This document shows, piece by piece, positions 39,842 through 51,620 of a DNA stretch of 64,000 nucleotides (position 1 is its first letter; every line of letters starts with the position of its first letter). This DNA is from a virus (taxonomy: Duplodnaviria; Caudoviricetes), in IMG/VR virus record IMGVR_UViG_3300027759_000001; one strand, written 5' to 3'. Made by a program: the position numbers and the translations under genes. The notes beneath the pieces are model-generated. The model saw only the letters and a program-made list of their open reading frames with translations. It was not told the origin of the DNA and searched no databases.

Positions 39842-40956
39842 AAGTTAAGTTAGAATATGTGTGGATTGACGGATATACACCGGAGCCAAACCTTAGAAGT
39901 AAGATTAAAATTGTGGACTATGAGCAAATTAAAAATTGTTTAGTTCTAAATAATTTCCCTGAATGGAACTTTGATGGGTCATCAACATTACAAGCGGAAG
40001 GTAATAGTTCTGATTGTATTTTAATACCTGTTAGACATTATTTTTGTGATAATACAAACACAATTTACGTGTTGTGTGAAGTAATGAATTCTGATGGTAC
40101 ACCACACGAAACTAATACAAGATCAAAACTAATTGGAGATCAAGAAGATTTGTGGTTTGGGTTTGAACAAGAATATTTTATCTACGATAGAAATAACAAA
40201 TGTATTTTAGGACACAATGAAAACAACTTGGAACCACAAGGTAAATATTATTGTGGTGTTGGTGAATATGTTGCAGGAAGAGATTTTGTTGAGGAACATA
40301 TGGATATGTGTTTAAAATACGGAATTGATATTACAGGGATCAACGCTGAGGTTGCATTAGGTCAATGGGAATACCAAGTATTTTCAAAAGGTAAATTAAA
40401 GGCAGGTGATGATTTGTGGATGACCAGATACTTTTTATATAAAATCTCTGAAAAATATAATTATGGGATTGATCTACATCCAAAACCAATTCAAAAAGGG
40501 GAATGGAACGGGTCAGGACTTCATACAAATTTCTCCACAGATAAAATGAGAAATGATGGTAACGAAAAATATTTTATATCATTGTTTAATGCGTTTGAGG
40601 TAAGACATGAAGCCCATATTAAATCTTACGGGTCAGATAACAATCTTCGTTTAACTGGTAAATTTGAAACACAATCAATTGATAAATTTAGTTGGGGGGT
40701 TTCAGATCGTGGGGCATCAATTAGAGTTCCAAGAGATACTGCAAAAAATTGGAAAGGTTATGTTGAGGATAGAAGACCTGGATCAAATGCTGACCCATAC
40801 AAAATTATTAAAGAAATTGACATATCTTTAAATACTACCGATCAAATCTACGATGTTAAAATAATGATGAGTAAGGATTTTGATATGGAAGGTCTTAATG
40901 AAAAATACGGAACAATTTCAAATGATGAATTATTAAAAGAATATAGAGAAGAATAA
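39838..40956 (+). CDS. glnA: Glutamine synthetase, type II-like (auxiliary metabolic gene)
   Basis: LEYVWIDG, WNFDGSST, GFEQEY, NAEVALGQWEYQ, WNGSGLHTN, RLTGKFET, EDRRPGSN. Confidence 0.92.
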   Translation: MKVKLEYVWIDGYTPEPNLRSKIKIVDYEQIKNCLVLNNFPEWNFDGSSTLQAEGNSSDCILIPVRHYFCDNTNTIYVLCEVMNSDGTPHETNTRSKLIGDQEDLWFGFEQEYFIYDRNNKCILGHNENNLEPQGKYYCGVGEYVAGRDFVEEHMDMCLKYGIDITGINAEVALGQWEYQVFSKGKLKAGDDLWMTRYFLYKISEKYNYGIDLHPKPIQKGEWNGSGLHTNFSTDKMRNDGNEKYFISLFNAFEVRHEAHIKSYGSDNNLRLTGKFETQSIDKFSWGVSDRGASIRVPRDTAKNWKGYVEDRRPGSNADPYKIIKEIDISLNTTDQIYDVKIMMSKDFDMEGLNEKYGTISNDELLKEYREE

Positions 40957-41222
40957 TGGAAAAAGAATGTGTATGTGGAGCTAACGTATTTTGTGAGTGC
41001 CCTCCAATAAAAGTAGAACAAGTTAATCATCCTAACCATTACGGAGGAGAGGATAATCCTTATGAAGCAATAAAAGTTATTGATGCTTGGGATTTAGGAT
41101 TTAGTTTAGGAAATACTGTAAAGTATATTTCAAGAGCTGGAAAAAAAGATAAAGAGTTACAGGACCTTAAGAAAGCATTATGGTACTTGCAACATCATAT
41201 AGAAACATTAGAGAAAAAATGA
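40956..41222 (+). CDS. DUF3310-family protein
   Basis: VNHPNHY...GNTVKYISRAGKK...DLKKALWYL. Confidence 0.85.
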   Translation: MEKECVCGANVFCECPPIKVEQVNHPNHYGGEDNPYEAIKVIDAWDLGFSLGNTVKYISRAGKKDKELQDLKKALWYLQHHIETLEKK

Positions 41223-42154
41223 AAATAGTAGTAACAGGAGGAGCGGGGTTTATAGGATCCGCATTTATAAATCACCTATTAGATAACTTTGAATGTGATG
41301 TTCTTTGTGTTGATAAACTAACATACGCTGGTCGTAGAATGAATATTAAACACAATGTTTCTTTTTTACAAAAAGACATTTGTGATGTAACGGAAGATGA
41401 ACTTGGTGATTTTGATTACATGGTTCACTTTGCTGCTGAGTCTCACGTTGATAATTCAATTAAGAATGGGTTACCATTTGTTAGAACTAATGTTGAAGGA
41501 ACATTTAATTTATTGGAGATATCAAGAAAAAATAAGAACCTTAAAAAATTCATACACATTTCAACTGATGAGGTATATGGTGATATGGATGAACACATTG
41601 CAATTAATCATACTGCAACTGAAGATGATAGTTTAAAATCTAGTTCCTATTATTCTGCAACTAAAGCGGCATCTGATATGTTAGTGTTATCTGCTAATAG
41701 AACTTATGGTTTACCATATATCATCACAAGAACTTGTAATAATTTTGGTGAACATCAGTTTGAGGAAAAATTCTTACCAACAATTGCAAGATCTATCGGT
41801 GAAGGTAAACCAATTCCAGTTTATGGTGACGGATTACAAGTTAGAGAATGGATGTATGTTTATGATAATGTAAAAGTCATTTGTGATTTAATGTTTGACG
41901 ATGAGATTGTAAATACCACTTATAATATTGGAACAACTTTCAGAGTGACAAATTTGGACATTATTAAAAATATTTCTTATATTTTAAACAAAGAGGTTGA
42001 TGTTAAATACGTTGAAGACAGATTAGGTCATGATAGGAAATATGGTCTTAATTGTACAAAATTAAGAGAATATTATATAACTAAAAATGGGGAGGTTCCT
42101 AAGTTTTTAAATTTGTTTGATTACTTAGATAGACAATATGGTGGTGAAAAATAA
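41219..42154 (+). CDS. rfbB: dTDP-glucose 4,6-dehydratase
   Basis: VTGGAGFIGS, DKLTYAG, HFAAESHVD, STDEVYG, YSATK; ATGA overlap fixes the start at 41219. Confidence 0.92.
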   Translation: MKIVVTGGAGFIGSAFINHLLDNFECDVLCVDKLTYAGRRMNIKHNVSFLQKDICDVTEDELGDFDYMVHFAAESHVDNSIKNGLPFVRTNVEGTFNLLEISRKNKNLKKFIHISTDEVYGDMDEHIAINHTATEDDSLKSSSYYSATKAASDMLVLSANRTYGLPYIITRTCNNFGEHQFEEKFLPTIARSIGEGKPIPVYGDGLQVREWMYVYDNVKVICDLMFDDEIVNTTYNIGTTFRVTNLDIIKNISYILNKEVDVKYVEDRLGHDRKYGLNCTKLREYYITKNGEVPKFLNLFDYLDRQYGGEK

Positions 42155-42458
42155 AAAAGGTTTATCAAAAGAGATAAATGTGTTGGGAGCAATAACAACT
42201 CCCGGTGAACTTATTCGTGAAACCCTTATTAATTTTATGTGGGGATTTCTTGGAAATTCAATTGTAGTTTTTGTGTCAAAAGAACTGGACTTTTTGGTTT
42301 TAATCAACTACATTGCTTATTACATATTAATTTCTTATATTGTTAATAGGAAGAAATATGAAACTATGTTGGGTAAGTTTATTGTTTTACCGGGTTCGGC
42401 CGCAATAGGTGCCTTCACAGGATATAAACTAGCTCAAGCAATAACAAGTATAATTTAA
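42138..42458 (+). CDS. Membrane protein
   Basis: Two to three hydrophobic helices. Confidence 0.6.
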   Translation: MVVKNKKGLSKEINVLGAITTPGELIRETLINFMWGFLGNSIVVFVSKELDFLVLINYIAYYILISYIVNRKKYETMLGKFIVLPGSAAIGAFTGYKLAQAITSII

Positions 42459-42464
42459 ATAAAA

Positions 42465-42671
42465 ATGAAACTAACAGAAGAACAAAAAAATCATATTCAG
42501 GATCAATATGATGCCTTAAAACAAACTGATAAAGAGTTTGAGGAAATACACGATATGATTGTTGAACATTGTGTGGATGAATACATTGTTGACTTATCAG
42601 ATGATGAGGATGGAGACCTTTACGAAGAGTTTTCAAATGAAGTATGGGATTATTTAGAAAGTATTAAATAA
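42465..42671 (+). CDS. Small acidic protein
   Basis: ORF. Confidence 0.55.
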   Translation: MKLTEEQKNHIQDQYDALKQTDKEFEEIHDMIVEHCVDEYIVDLSDDEDGDLYEEFSNEVWDYLESIK

Positions 42672-42677
42672 AAAAAA

Positions 42678-43526
42678 ATGATAGAAACAGGAAAAATTAT
42701 AAGTGGAGATTGTATTGAAGTAATGAAAACATTACCTGAAGGATCTGTGGACTTAATTTGTACATCGCCTCCATATGGAGTCGGTATTGCTTATGATGTA
42801 CACGACGACGATGTTGAATTTGATGAGTATTTAGTATTTGCTAAGAACTGGTTAACTGAAGCGTATAACGTATTAAAAGATGATGGTCGTATTGCACTTA
42901 ACATTCCTTATGAGATTAACAGACAAAAAAAAGGTGGGAGAATTTTCTTTGTTTCTGAGATGTATCAGTTAATGAAACAAATTGGATTTGGATTCTTTGG
43001 TATCGTTGATCTTGAAGAACAATCACCACATAGATCTAAGACAACGGCATGGGGTTCTTGGATGAGTCCATCAAGTCCGTATATTTATAATCCAAAGGAG
43101 TGTGTAATATTAGCATACAAAAAACACCACATTAAAAAGGTTAAAGGAGAACCTCAGTGGAAAGGGACACCTACTGACATTGAACAGGAAGATGGGTCAT
43201 TAAAGAAAAAAATTGTATATGAGGAGAAGGATAAGAAAGAGTTTATGGAACTTGTGTTTGGTCAGTGGAATTACTTTGCAGATACTAAATCACTCACCAA
43301 GGCGACTTTCTCAATGGACATACCGACCAAGGCAATTAAGATACTATCCTACAAGAACGATGTAATATTAGATCCATTTGCTGGTTCAGGTACAACATTA
43401 GTAGCGGCTCAGATATTAGAACGTAGATGGTTAGGTATTGAGTTAAGTGAAAATTACAAACAAATTGCCGAAACAAGAATTAATTATTTCAAAGCTTTAG
43501 AACAAATAAAAGAACTCCCACTATAA
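42678..43526 (+). CDS. DNA methyltransferase (N4-C/N6-A, beta class)
   Basis: TSPPY motif IV precedes ILDPFAGSGTT motif I. Confidence 0.88.
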   Translation: MIETGKIISGDCIEVMKTLPEGSVDLICTSPPYGVGIAYDVHDDDVEFDEYLVFAKNWLTEAYNVLKDDGRIALNIPYEINRQKKGGRIFFVSEMYQLMKQIGFGFFGIVDLEEQSPHRSKTTAWGSWMSPSSPYIYNPKECVILAYKKHHIKKVKGEPQWKGTPTDIEQEDGSLKKKIVYEEKDKKEFMELVFGQWNYFADTKSLTKATFSMDIPTKAIKILSYKNDVILDPFAGSGTTLVAAQILERRWLGIELSENYKQIAETRINYFKALEQIKELPL

Positions 43527-43545
43527 TCAATGGGAGTTTTCCTTT
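43513..43545. terminator. Intrinsic terminator
   Basis: AACTCCCA-N10-TGGGAGTT followed by T-rich sequence. Confidence 0.65.
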
Positions 43546-43625
43546 TTACGTAGTATTTATAACAAATTGTTTAATATGGAAGATGAATATGACAACGTAT
43601 GGGGTGATCACGTTATATGTCAATT

Positions 43626-44177
43626 TTAATTTATTGAAATCCATTTATTTTTAAAGTTATGATTACTTGAGCAATATCTTGCGTAATCATTAACCAATGG
43701 TCTTCCTGTGTTATAACATCCACATACGATAGTCCAGTCTTTGTATAACGTATATAATCTATTAAGTAATTTCATACTTGTTTCAACATTCAACTCAATA
43801 TCGTTGGTTAATCTTTTTTTGGTGTAATTAACTTTATTAATGTAGTCAGATGTTGCTGGCATAATTTGCATTGGGCCAACCGCTCCGGCAAATGATTCTT
43901 GATACGGGTTATAATTCCAATGGAAAGGACCTAAGTATCTTGTCTCCATATAGGCCACATTGTACGCAATATACTTTGGTATATGATATTGATCACTATA
44001 CTTTTCAATCAGTTCGTACATTCTTATTGATGTTGGTGATTGAACATTTGAATGATAGTTTGATTCTGTGAAGATAGAATCATTTGAGGTTTTCACATTT
44101 GACATTATTCCAAAAAATATGAATACCCCAAGACATAAACCAAGATAAGTTATTTTTGTTAATTTAAGGATATTCAT
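43626..44177 (-). CDS. Lytic transglycosylase (SLT-like) with N-terminal transmembrane helix
   Basis: AYMETR catalytic Glu, GAVGPMQIMPAT, YNTG. Confidence 0.85.
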   Translation of the reverse strand: MNILKLTKITYLGLCLGVFIFFGIMSNVKTSNDSIFTESNYHSNVQSPTSIRMYELIEKYSDQYHIPKYIAYNVAYMETRYLGPFHWNYNPYQESFAGAVGPMQIMPATSDYINKVNYTKKRLTNDIELNVETSMKLLNRLYTLYKDWTIVCGCYNTGRPLVNDYARYCSSNHNFKNKWISIN

Positions 44178-44183
44178 GGTTTT

Positions 44184-44501
44184 TTATTTTGATTTGTTAA
44201 TATAAATGTTATTAGCGTAAAGTTTAAAGATTGATACGCCAATTGAATCTTGGTAAACGGTATAATCACCTGTGGTTTTATCAATCACAATTAGATGATT
44301 ATTTTCATCTATTGCTAAATTAACTTGAGACCTATTAACTTTAATCATTTGAATGGTTGGTTTCTTAGGACCGTATTGTTGGTTATATAAATAACCTACC
44401 GAGAATCCTCCCAGTAAGGATGCCACTACAAAAATTACAACACCCATAGATTTAAATGTTGATTTCTTTGTTTCTAAAAAATTTGCGATTTTTTCTTTCA
44501 T
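44184..44501 (-). CDS. Single-pass membrane protein
   Basis: VVIFVVASLLGGFSVGYLY. Confidence 0.6.
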   Translation of the reverse strand: MKEKIANFLETKKSTFKSMGVVIFVVASLLGGFSVGYLYNQQYGPKKPTIQMIKVNRSQVNLAIDENNHLIVIDKTTGDYTVYQDSIGVSIFKLYANNIYINKSK

Positions 44502-44586
44502 AATATATATTTTTAATTGGTTTAAGCTAATTTACATAAAAACATTGGATTTGCAAACTTTTTTTTGTTGAAAACTATTTATAACT

Positions 44587-46143
44587 ATGAAGAAAAAGTT
44601 AATAACGGAATCGGGAATAAGAAACATCAGGGAATTATCTAAAAGATACCCTGAGGCTAAGATATATTTTCACCAAGATTTAGATGGTGTAACCACTGCT
44701 TTAGGTATGAAAAATTACTTAGAACAAAATGGAATCAAAGTTGTTGACTCTGAGATTATTCAATATGGTGATAAGGAATTCGCAATTAAGAAGTTGGATG
44801 CTGAGGGTGATGTTATGCCGGTGTTAGTTGACTTTGCTCATGGTAAACCAATGTTTATTATACACACTGACCACCACGATACACAAGCGGGAGTTGAACA
44901 AGGTACCTCAACTAATTTTAAATCTTCAAGATCTAACGTTGAGACAATATCCCAAACCGTATCTCCAAGAGATATTTTCCCATCTGACGATATCACTTTG
45001 ATATCTACGGTTGACTCAGCAAATTATGCTCAATATGATATTAGTCCTGAACAAGTAATGAACTATTTGTTTAAGGTAGATAAAGATCAATCACTACAAA
45101 AAAACAAAATGATAATGGGTATGGTTGCTAATAAATTATTATTGGCATTTAAAAACAAACCAGGGTTCTTGGAAAATATTGTAATGAATGCAAATCCATC
45201 GTTATTAAGTATATTGTTAAACATCAGATCTCAGATCAAAGAAAAAAGTTATGCTGATGTTGGAGATTTAGAAAAAAACAAAGAGAGTTATGTTCAAACA
45301 ATGAAAACTCACAAAAATGTTAAAGTTGATGATAAAATTATAGTTCAGTATGGTGGGGGTAGTATGATGAAACCAGGATCATATGATAGATACACACCAT
45401 TCAGAAATAATCCTGATGCAGACTTCTTGGTGATTGCTTGGCCGTTAGGGTTGGTACAAGCGTCTTGTAATCCATTTAAGAAAGAAAGAGCACTTAAAGG
45501 TGTAAACTTAGGTGAGATCAAAGATGATGTCTTAAACAAGTGGAAATCACAATTACAAGATAAGGACATTTCATTATCTACAATAAAATGGATATCAGAA
45601 TCAGGAAAAGGTTTTGGTGAACAATCAGTTGGTTTTACATTCAGAGATTTTAACGCCTTATATGGTAAAGAATTTAAACAAATGGCCGATGGGGAAGATA
45701 TCCTTGGTGATGTTGAAGTGGCAATGAAAAAACCATTCAGTGATTTAACAGATAAAGAAATGAGAATGTTAGATTCTATTAGTGTAAACGCTTGGGATCT
45801 AATTCAATCCAATAGTGGTGGACACAAATGTATTACAAATATTTCTGGGTTGTCATACTTAGGTAGATCTAAAAGACCACCTAAGGGTAAATACAAATAT
45901 AATGAAGAGTCAGAGGATTCTCCTTATATTAAATTTACTAAGATGGTACAGAATGAATTTGTTAGAGTTTTAAAAGCAAAAATTGATGAAGACGGTGGTG
46001 ATAGATATGAGCCGAATTTTGAGGTTGAAATGACGGAACACTCAAGGTCATTAAGTAACGCTAGAAAACAAGGACAAGGATTAAGATTTCCAAAGTCGGC
46101 AGTAAAATCAAATCAAATGAGATTTAGACCAAATAATAGATAA
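44587..46143 (+). CDS. DHH-family phosphoesterase with LITES leader
   Basis: HQDLDG, LVDF, DHHD and C-terminal GGH motifs. Confidence 0.7.
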   Translation: MKKKLITESGIRNIRELSKRYPEAKIYFHQDLDGVTTALGMKNYLEQNGIKVVDSEIIQYGDKEFAIKKLDAEGDVMPVLVDFAHGKPMFIIHTDHHDTQAGVEQGTSTNFKSSRSNVETISQTVSPRDIFPSDDITLISTVDSANYAQYDISPEQVMNYLFKVDKDQSLQKNKMIMGMVANKLLLAFKNKPGFLENIVMNANPSLLSILLNIRSQIKEKSYADVGDLEKNKESYVQTMKTHKNVKVDDKIIVQYGGGSMMKPGSYDRYTPFRNNPDADFLVIAWPLGLVQASCNPFKKERALKGVNLGEIKDDVLNKWKSQLQDKDISLSTIKWISESGKGFGEQSVGFTFRDFNALYGKEFKQMADGEDILGDVEVAMKKPFSDLTDKEMRMLDSISVNAWDLIQSNSGGHKCITNISGLSYLGRSKRPPKGKYKYNEESEDSPYIKFTKMVQNEFVRVLKAKIDEDGGDRYEPNFEVEMTEHSRSLSNARKQGQGLRFPKSAVKSNQMRFRPNNR

Positions 46144-46145
46144 TA

Positions 46146-46493
46146 TTAATCTTGTAATAATATAGTATCACCTTCGGCAATATCATATTTTGTACAAGAA
46201 CCACCTTTGAGTTCTAATATCATATCACCATTACCAGTATAACGATCACACTCAGGTGTTTTACATGGTTTACAATTATTATGTATTTTGGTAATTTTAT
46301 TCCCATTAATGAAAATTATATCCAAAGAGATAATACAATTCTTCATCCAAAAGGAATGGTCACCTTCCTTCATTATGAATAACATACCATCAAACGTTTT
46401 GTCAAATTTTTTACCCATCATACCTTTTTGTATGTCTTTAGTGGTCATCACACATTTGACATTGAATAAATTATTATTTACTATTAACTCCAT
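46146..46493 (-). CDS. DUF192-family protein
   Basis: GMMG...GMLF...FWMKN...LDIIFI...ILEL. Confidence 0.85.
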   Translation of the reverse strand: MELIVNNNLFNVKCVMTTKDIQKGMMGKKFDKTFDGMLFIMKEGDHSFWMKNCIISLDIIFINGNKITKIHNNCKPCKTPECDRYTGNGDMILELKGGSCTKYDIAEGDTILLQD

Positions 46494-46516
46494 ATAGTTA
46501 TAAATATATTCTTATT

Positions 46517-46927
46517 ATGAAATCAAATAGAAGTTCAGGTGTAATATTAAAATTTGGTGATAAAGTTTTATTATGTAAACGTGCTGACCACGAAACTTAT
46601 GCCGGAGAATGGTTTATTCCAACAGGACATTTAGAAAAAAATGAAACACCAAAAGATTGTGCTTATCGTGAATTTTATGAGGAAACAAACATTAAGATTG
46701 ATCAGGATATAAGTTTGGTTGGATTCATAACAAAGAAAAATAAAAAAGGAGAACCAAAGGGTTTAATTTATGTGTATTTATATGAATCTGATAAAAAAAA
46801 GATGCCAAACTTGGATAAGGCAGAAGATGGTCACGAACATTCAGATTGTGGGTTTTTTACGTTAGAAGACCTTCCTGTAGAAAAAAATGAGGAGTTATAT
46901 AAGATTTTAACAAAAATTTTATCTTAA
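46517..46927 (+). CDS. NUDIX hydrolase
   Basis: PTGHLEKNETPKDCAYREFYEETNI Nudix box. Confidence 0.88.
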   Translation: MKSNRSSGVILKFGDKVLLCKRADHETYAGEWFIPTGHLEKNETPKDCAYREFYEETNIKIDQDISLVGFITKKNKKGEPKGLIYVYLYESDKKKMPNLDKAEDGHEHSDCGFFTLEDLPVEKNEELYKILTKILS

Positions 46928-46940
46928 AAGTAAAAATTCA

Positions 46941-47066
46941 TTGACTTTTACTAAATTAAACTATATTTATATTACACAAAAACAGCCAATACCCTTCCTT
47001 TCTACGAATTAATTGGTTTATCAATATTAATCCCATATTTTTTGAGAAAAAACTATGGGATTTTTT
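46941..47066 (+). ncRNA. Candidate small RNA bounded by a promoter and a terminator
   Basis: TTGACT..TATATTTAT upstream; CCAAT/ATTGG stem with a pyrimidine-rich loop; TCCCATA/TATGGGA terminator; no ORF inside. Confidence 0.35.
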
Positions 47067-47111
47067 ATGCCGTGTCAATTTTATTTGTATATTTGTAGAA
47101 ATAAAAAACAT

Positions 47112-47303
47112 ATGAGCTCAATTCCTTTATACATTGTTGTTAATAGTCACTTAAGTGATTCACTTATTGAAATTGGTTTTAACCCTGAATTAGCGAGTAA
47201 AAGAATTCGTTTTGTGAAGGTGTTAACGAATATGTTCTCTGATCTTAGTCAGAGAATTGAAGAGGATGAATTAAATCGTATTTGGAAAGAAAAAATTATA
47301 TAA
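47112..47303 (+). CDS. Hypothetical early protein
   Basis: ATG at 47112 after TATATTTG (47088). Confidence 0.55.
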   Translation: MSSIPLYIVVNSHLSDSLIEIGFNPELASKRIRFVKVLTNMFSDLSQRIEEDELNRIWKEKII

Positions 47304-47305
47304 CT

Positions 47306-47638
47306 ATGGGAACTTACATACACACATTCAAGAAAAAATTTAACAAGAAAGTAACAATTGATGGTAATCCTGTTGTTGTTGGACAAGCAACATTTTTATG
47401 TCGTCAAGATTGGTCAGGTAATTACTCACCATCTGAAAGTAGAGAAATGACAAGAGCTTACGCTTTGACTGAAAATGATCAACCTGAATACATTACATTT
47501 GATGGTGAGATGGTTTATAAAAATAATAAAAAAGGTGTATGGTCAGACGGATCTGGTTTTTGGGGTGGTATTGACCACAAAAATGATTTTGTTGGTACAC
47601 TAAAAAAAGTGGGTAGAAAATTTGTTATTGTCAAATAA
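47306..47638 (+). CDS. Hypothetical protein
   Basis: ORF; start moved to 47306. Confidence 0.6.
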   Translation: MGTYIHTFKKKFNKKVTIDGNPVVVGQATFLCRQDWSGNYSPSESREMTRAYALTENDQPEYITFDGEMVYKNNKKGVWSDGSGFWGGIDHKNDFVGTLKKVGRKFVIVK

Positions 47639-47655
47639 TTTAGTATCTTTGTTAT

Positions 47656-47931
47656 ATGAATAAAATGGGTTTCAACATAAAAGTAGTTAGTGATAAGTTC
47701 GGTGATTTAATCAACGAGACATTCATGGATCAGACACAATTCAAAATCTTTTTGAAGATGGTGCACGGAGCATTGGTATTAGAAGAAGACTTAAGTTTCT
47801 TCAATGGAGATACATTCTTGGTTCACATCCCAAGTAAAGTATTGAAAGACTCTGTTATTTTTACAAACGTTAGACAAGTTTCTTTAACTGAACAAGTTAA
47901 AAGTAAAATTGAGGCGTTGGTAACAATATAA
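47656..47931 (+). CDS. Hypothetical early protein
   Basis: TATCTTTG at 47644 upstream. Confidence 0.6.
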   Translation: MNKMGFNIKVVSDKFGDLINETFMDQTQFKIFLKMVHGALVLEEDLSFFNGDTFLVHIPSKVLKDSVIFTNVRQVSLTEQVKSKIEALVTI

Positions 47932-47996
47932 TTGTTTCCTTGTTTAGAAAAATAAGGTGGTGGAGTCAGACAAATATTCAATGTCGGGCCTAAAAT

Positions 47997-48019
47997 GGGA
48001 ACTTAGGTTCCCTTTTTTT
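47997..48019 (+). terminator. Intrinsic terminator
   Basis: GGGAAC-TTAG-GTTCCC followed by T7. Confidence 0.85.
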
Positions 48020-48078
48020 ATTTATTTTTTATTATATGGTTATATTTATATAATAAATAAATTTAATAAGCAATATTT

Positions 48079-48291
48079 ATGTTACCTAAAATAAAATTAA
48101 CGGAAAGTGAAATCAGAGACATTTTGAGTAAACATGGTGTAAAGACTAATGTGTTGGTTGAACAAACTCAAAATTATACTACTGCGGATATTCAAAATTG
48201 GTTAAATTCTAATAAAAACGCAGGATTAGATGTTGACGGTAAATTGGGAATTTTAACGGTTAAGGCCATAAAAAATGCGTTAATGGGATAA
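48079..48291 (+). CDS. Small protein with LTES leader and a peptidoglycan-binding-like motif
   Basis: IKLTESEIRDIL; IQNWLN..LDVDGKLGILTVKAI. Confidence 0.7.
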   Translation: MLPKIKLTESEIRDILSKHGVKTNVLVEQTQNYTTADIQNWLNSNKNAGLDVDGKLGILTVKAIKNALMG

Positions 48292-48294
48292 GAT

Positions 48295-50448
<2,154 letters not shown>

Positions 50449-50468
50449 TAAAAAAACAATAAATTTAT

Positions 50469-50494
50469 TAAGGGAGACAAATCTCCCTTTTTTT
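50469..50494 (+). terminator. Intrinsic terminator
   Basis: AAGGGAGA-CAAA-TCTCCCTT followed by a T run. Confidence 0.85.
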
Positions 50495-50521
50495 ATGCCG
50501 TTTTTTTTGTATATTTGTACT

Positions 50522-50941
50522 ATGGAAAAAATGTTATACATTGTTAGAGGAATACCGGGAAGTGGTAAGTCTACATTTGCAAAAAAATTAGTTGGTGATG
50601 ACTTTTTAGTTTGTGAGGCAGACAAATATTTTATTGATAAAGAAACTGGTGAATATAAATTTGATCTTTCTAAAATTAAAGATGCTCATAAATTCTGTCA
50701 AGATATGGTGGAAACTTATATGAAGGATTCGTTATTAAATGACCATTTTTATACGGAAATTGCGGTATCTAATACGTTCACACAAGAGTGGGAAATGGAA
50801 CGTTATTATGAATTGGCAAAACAATATGGATATAAAGTGTTTTCAATAATTGTGGAAAATAGACATGGTGGTCTAAATGAACACGGTGTCCCTGAAGATA
50901 AAATAGAATTAATGCGTAATCGTTTTGAAATAAAATTATGA
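50522..50941 (+). CDS. P-loop kinase (AAA_33 / polynucleotide kinase-like)
   Basis: RGIPGSGKST, EADKYF, VSNTF; start moved to 50522 after TATATTTG (50510). Confidence 0.8.
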   Translation: MEKMLYIVRGIPGSGKSTFAKKLVGDDFLVCEADKYFIDKETGEYKFDLSKIKDAHKFCQDMVETYMKDSLLNDHFYTEIAVSNTFTQEWEMERYYELAKQYGYKVFSIIVENRHGGLNEHGVPEDKIELMRNRFEIKL

Positions 50942-51594
50942 TGAAATTTGATAAAATATTAACAACAGGTAAAGTGTGGGTTACATCGGACACACACTAC
51001 AACCATAAAAACATTTGTAGAGGAGTTACCGATTGGAGAACACTTGATGGAAAAGTACCGGAATATAATACAAGAGATTTCCAAACGTTAGAACTAATGA
51101 ATAACACATTAGTTAACAATATCAACTCAAAAGTTGGTCAGGACGATACTTTAATTATGTTGGGTGACGTTGCGTTTGGTGGTTTTGAGTTTATTAAAAT
51201 TTTCTTGGATCGATTGGTATGTAAAAACATACACTTGGTTCTTGGAAACCACGATCACCATATCAGAAACAATAGGGATAACATTAAAGATATGTTCTTA
51301 TCTGTTAGTGACTACTTACAGGTTAATATTGACGGACAGAATTTTGTAATGTCTCACTATCCATTTGAAAGTTGGAATGGACTTGGTAAAGGTGTTGTTC
51401 ACCTTCATGGTCACGTTCACTTACCGATAGGTAGAAAGTGGGGTAAAGGTAAAAGATTGGACGTTGGTGTGGATGGTAACAACTTACACCCATATCGTAT
51501 AACTGAAGTTGTACATATGATGGATAAACGAGACATTGTTCCTGAAATGGATGGTGATCATCACTTAGATGATATAGTTGGGGTTGTGGGTTAA
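50938..51594 (+). CDS. Calcineurin-like metallophosphoesterase
   Basis: SDTH, LGDV, GNHD, HLHGHVH. Confidence 0.88.
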   Translation: MMKFDKILTTGKVWVTSDTHYNHKNICRGVTDWRTLDGKVPEYNTRDFQTLELMNNTLVNNINSKVGQDDTLIMLGDVAFGGFEFIKIFLDRLVCKNIHLVLGNHDHHIRNNRDNIKDMFLSVSDYLQVNIDGQNFVMSHYPFESWNGLGKGVVHLHGHVHLPIGRKWGKGKRLDVGVDGNNLHPYRITEVVHMMDKRDIVPEMDGDHHLDDIVGVVG

Positions 51595-51620
51595 ATCATA
51601 ACTCCAATATATTTATTACT

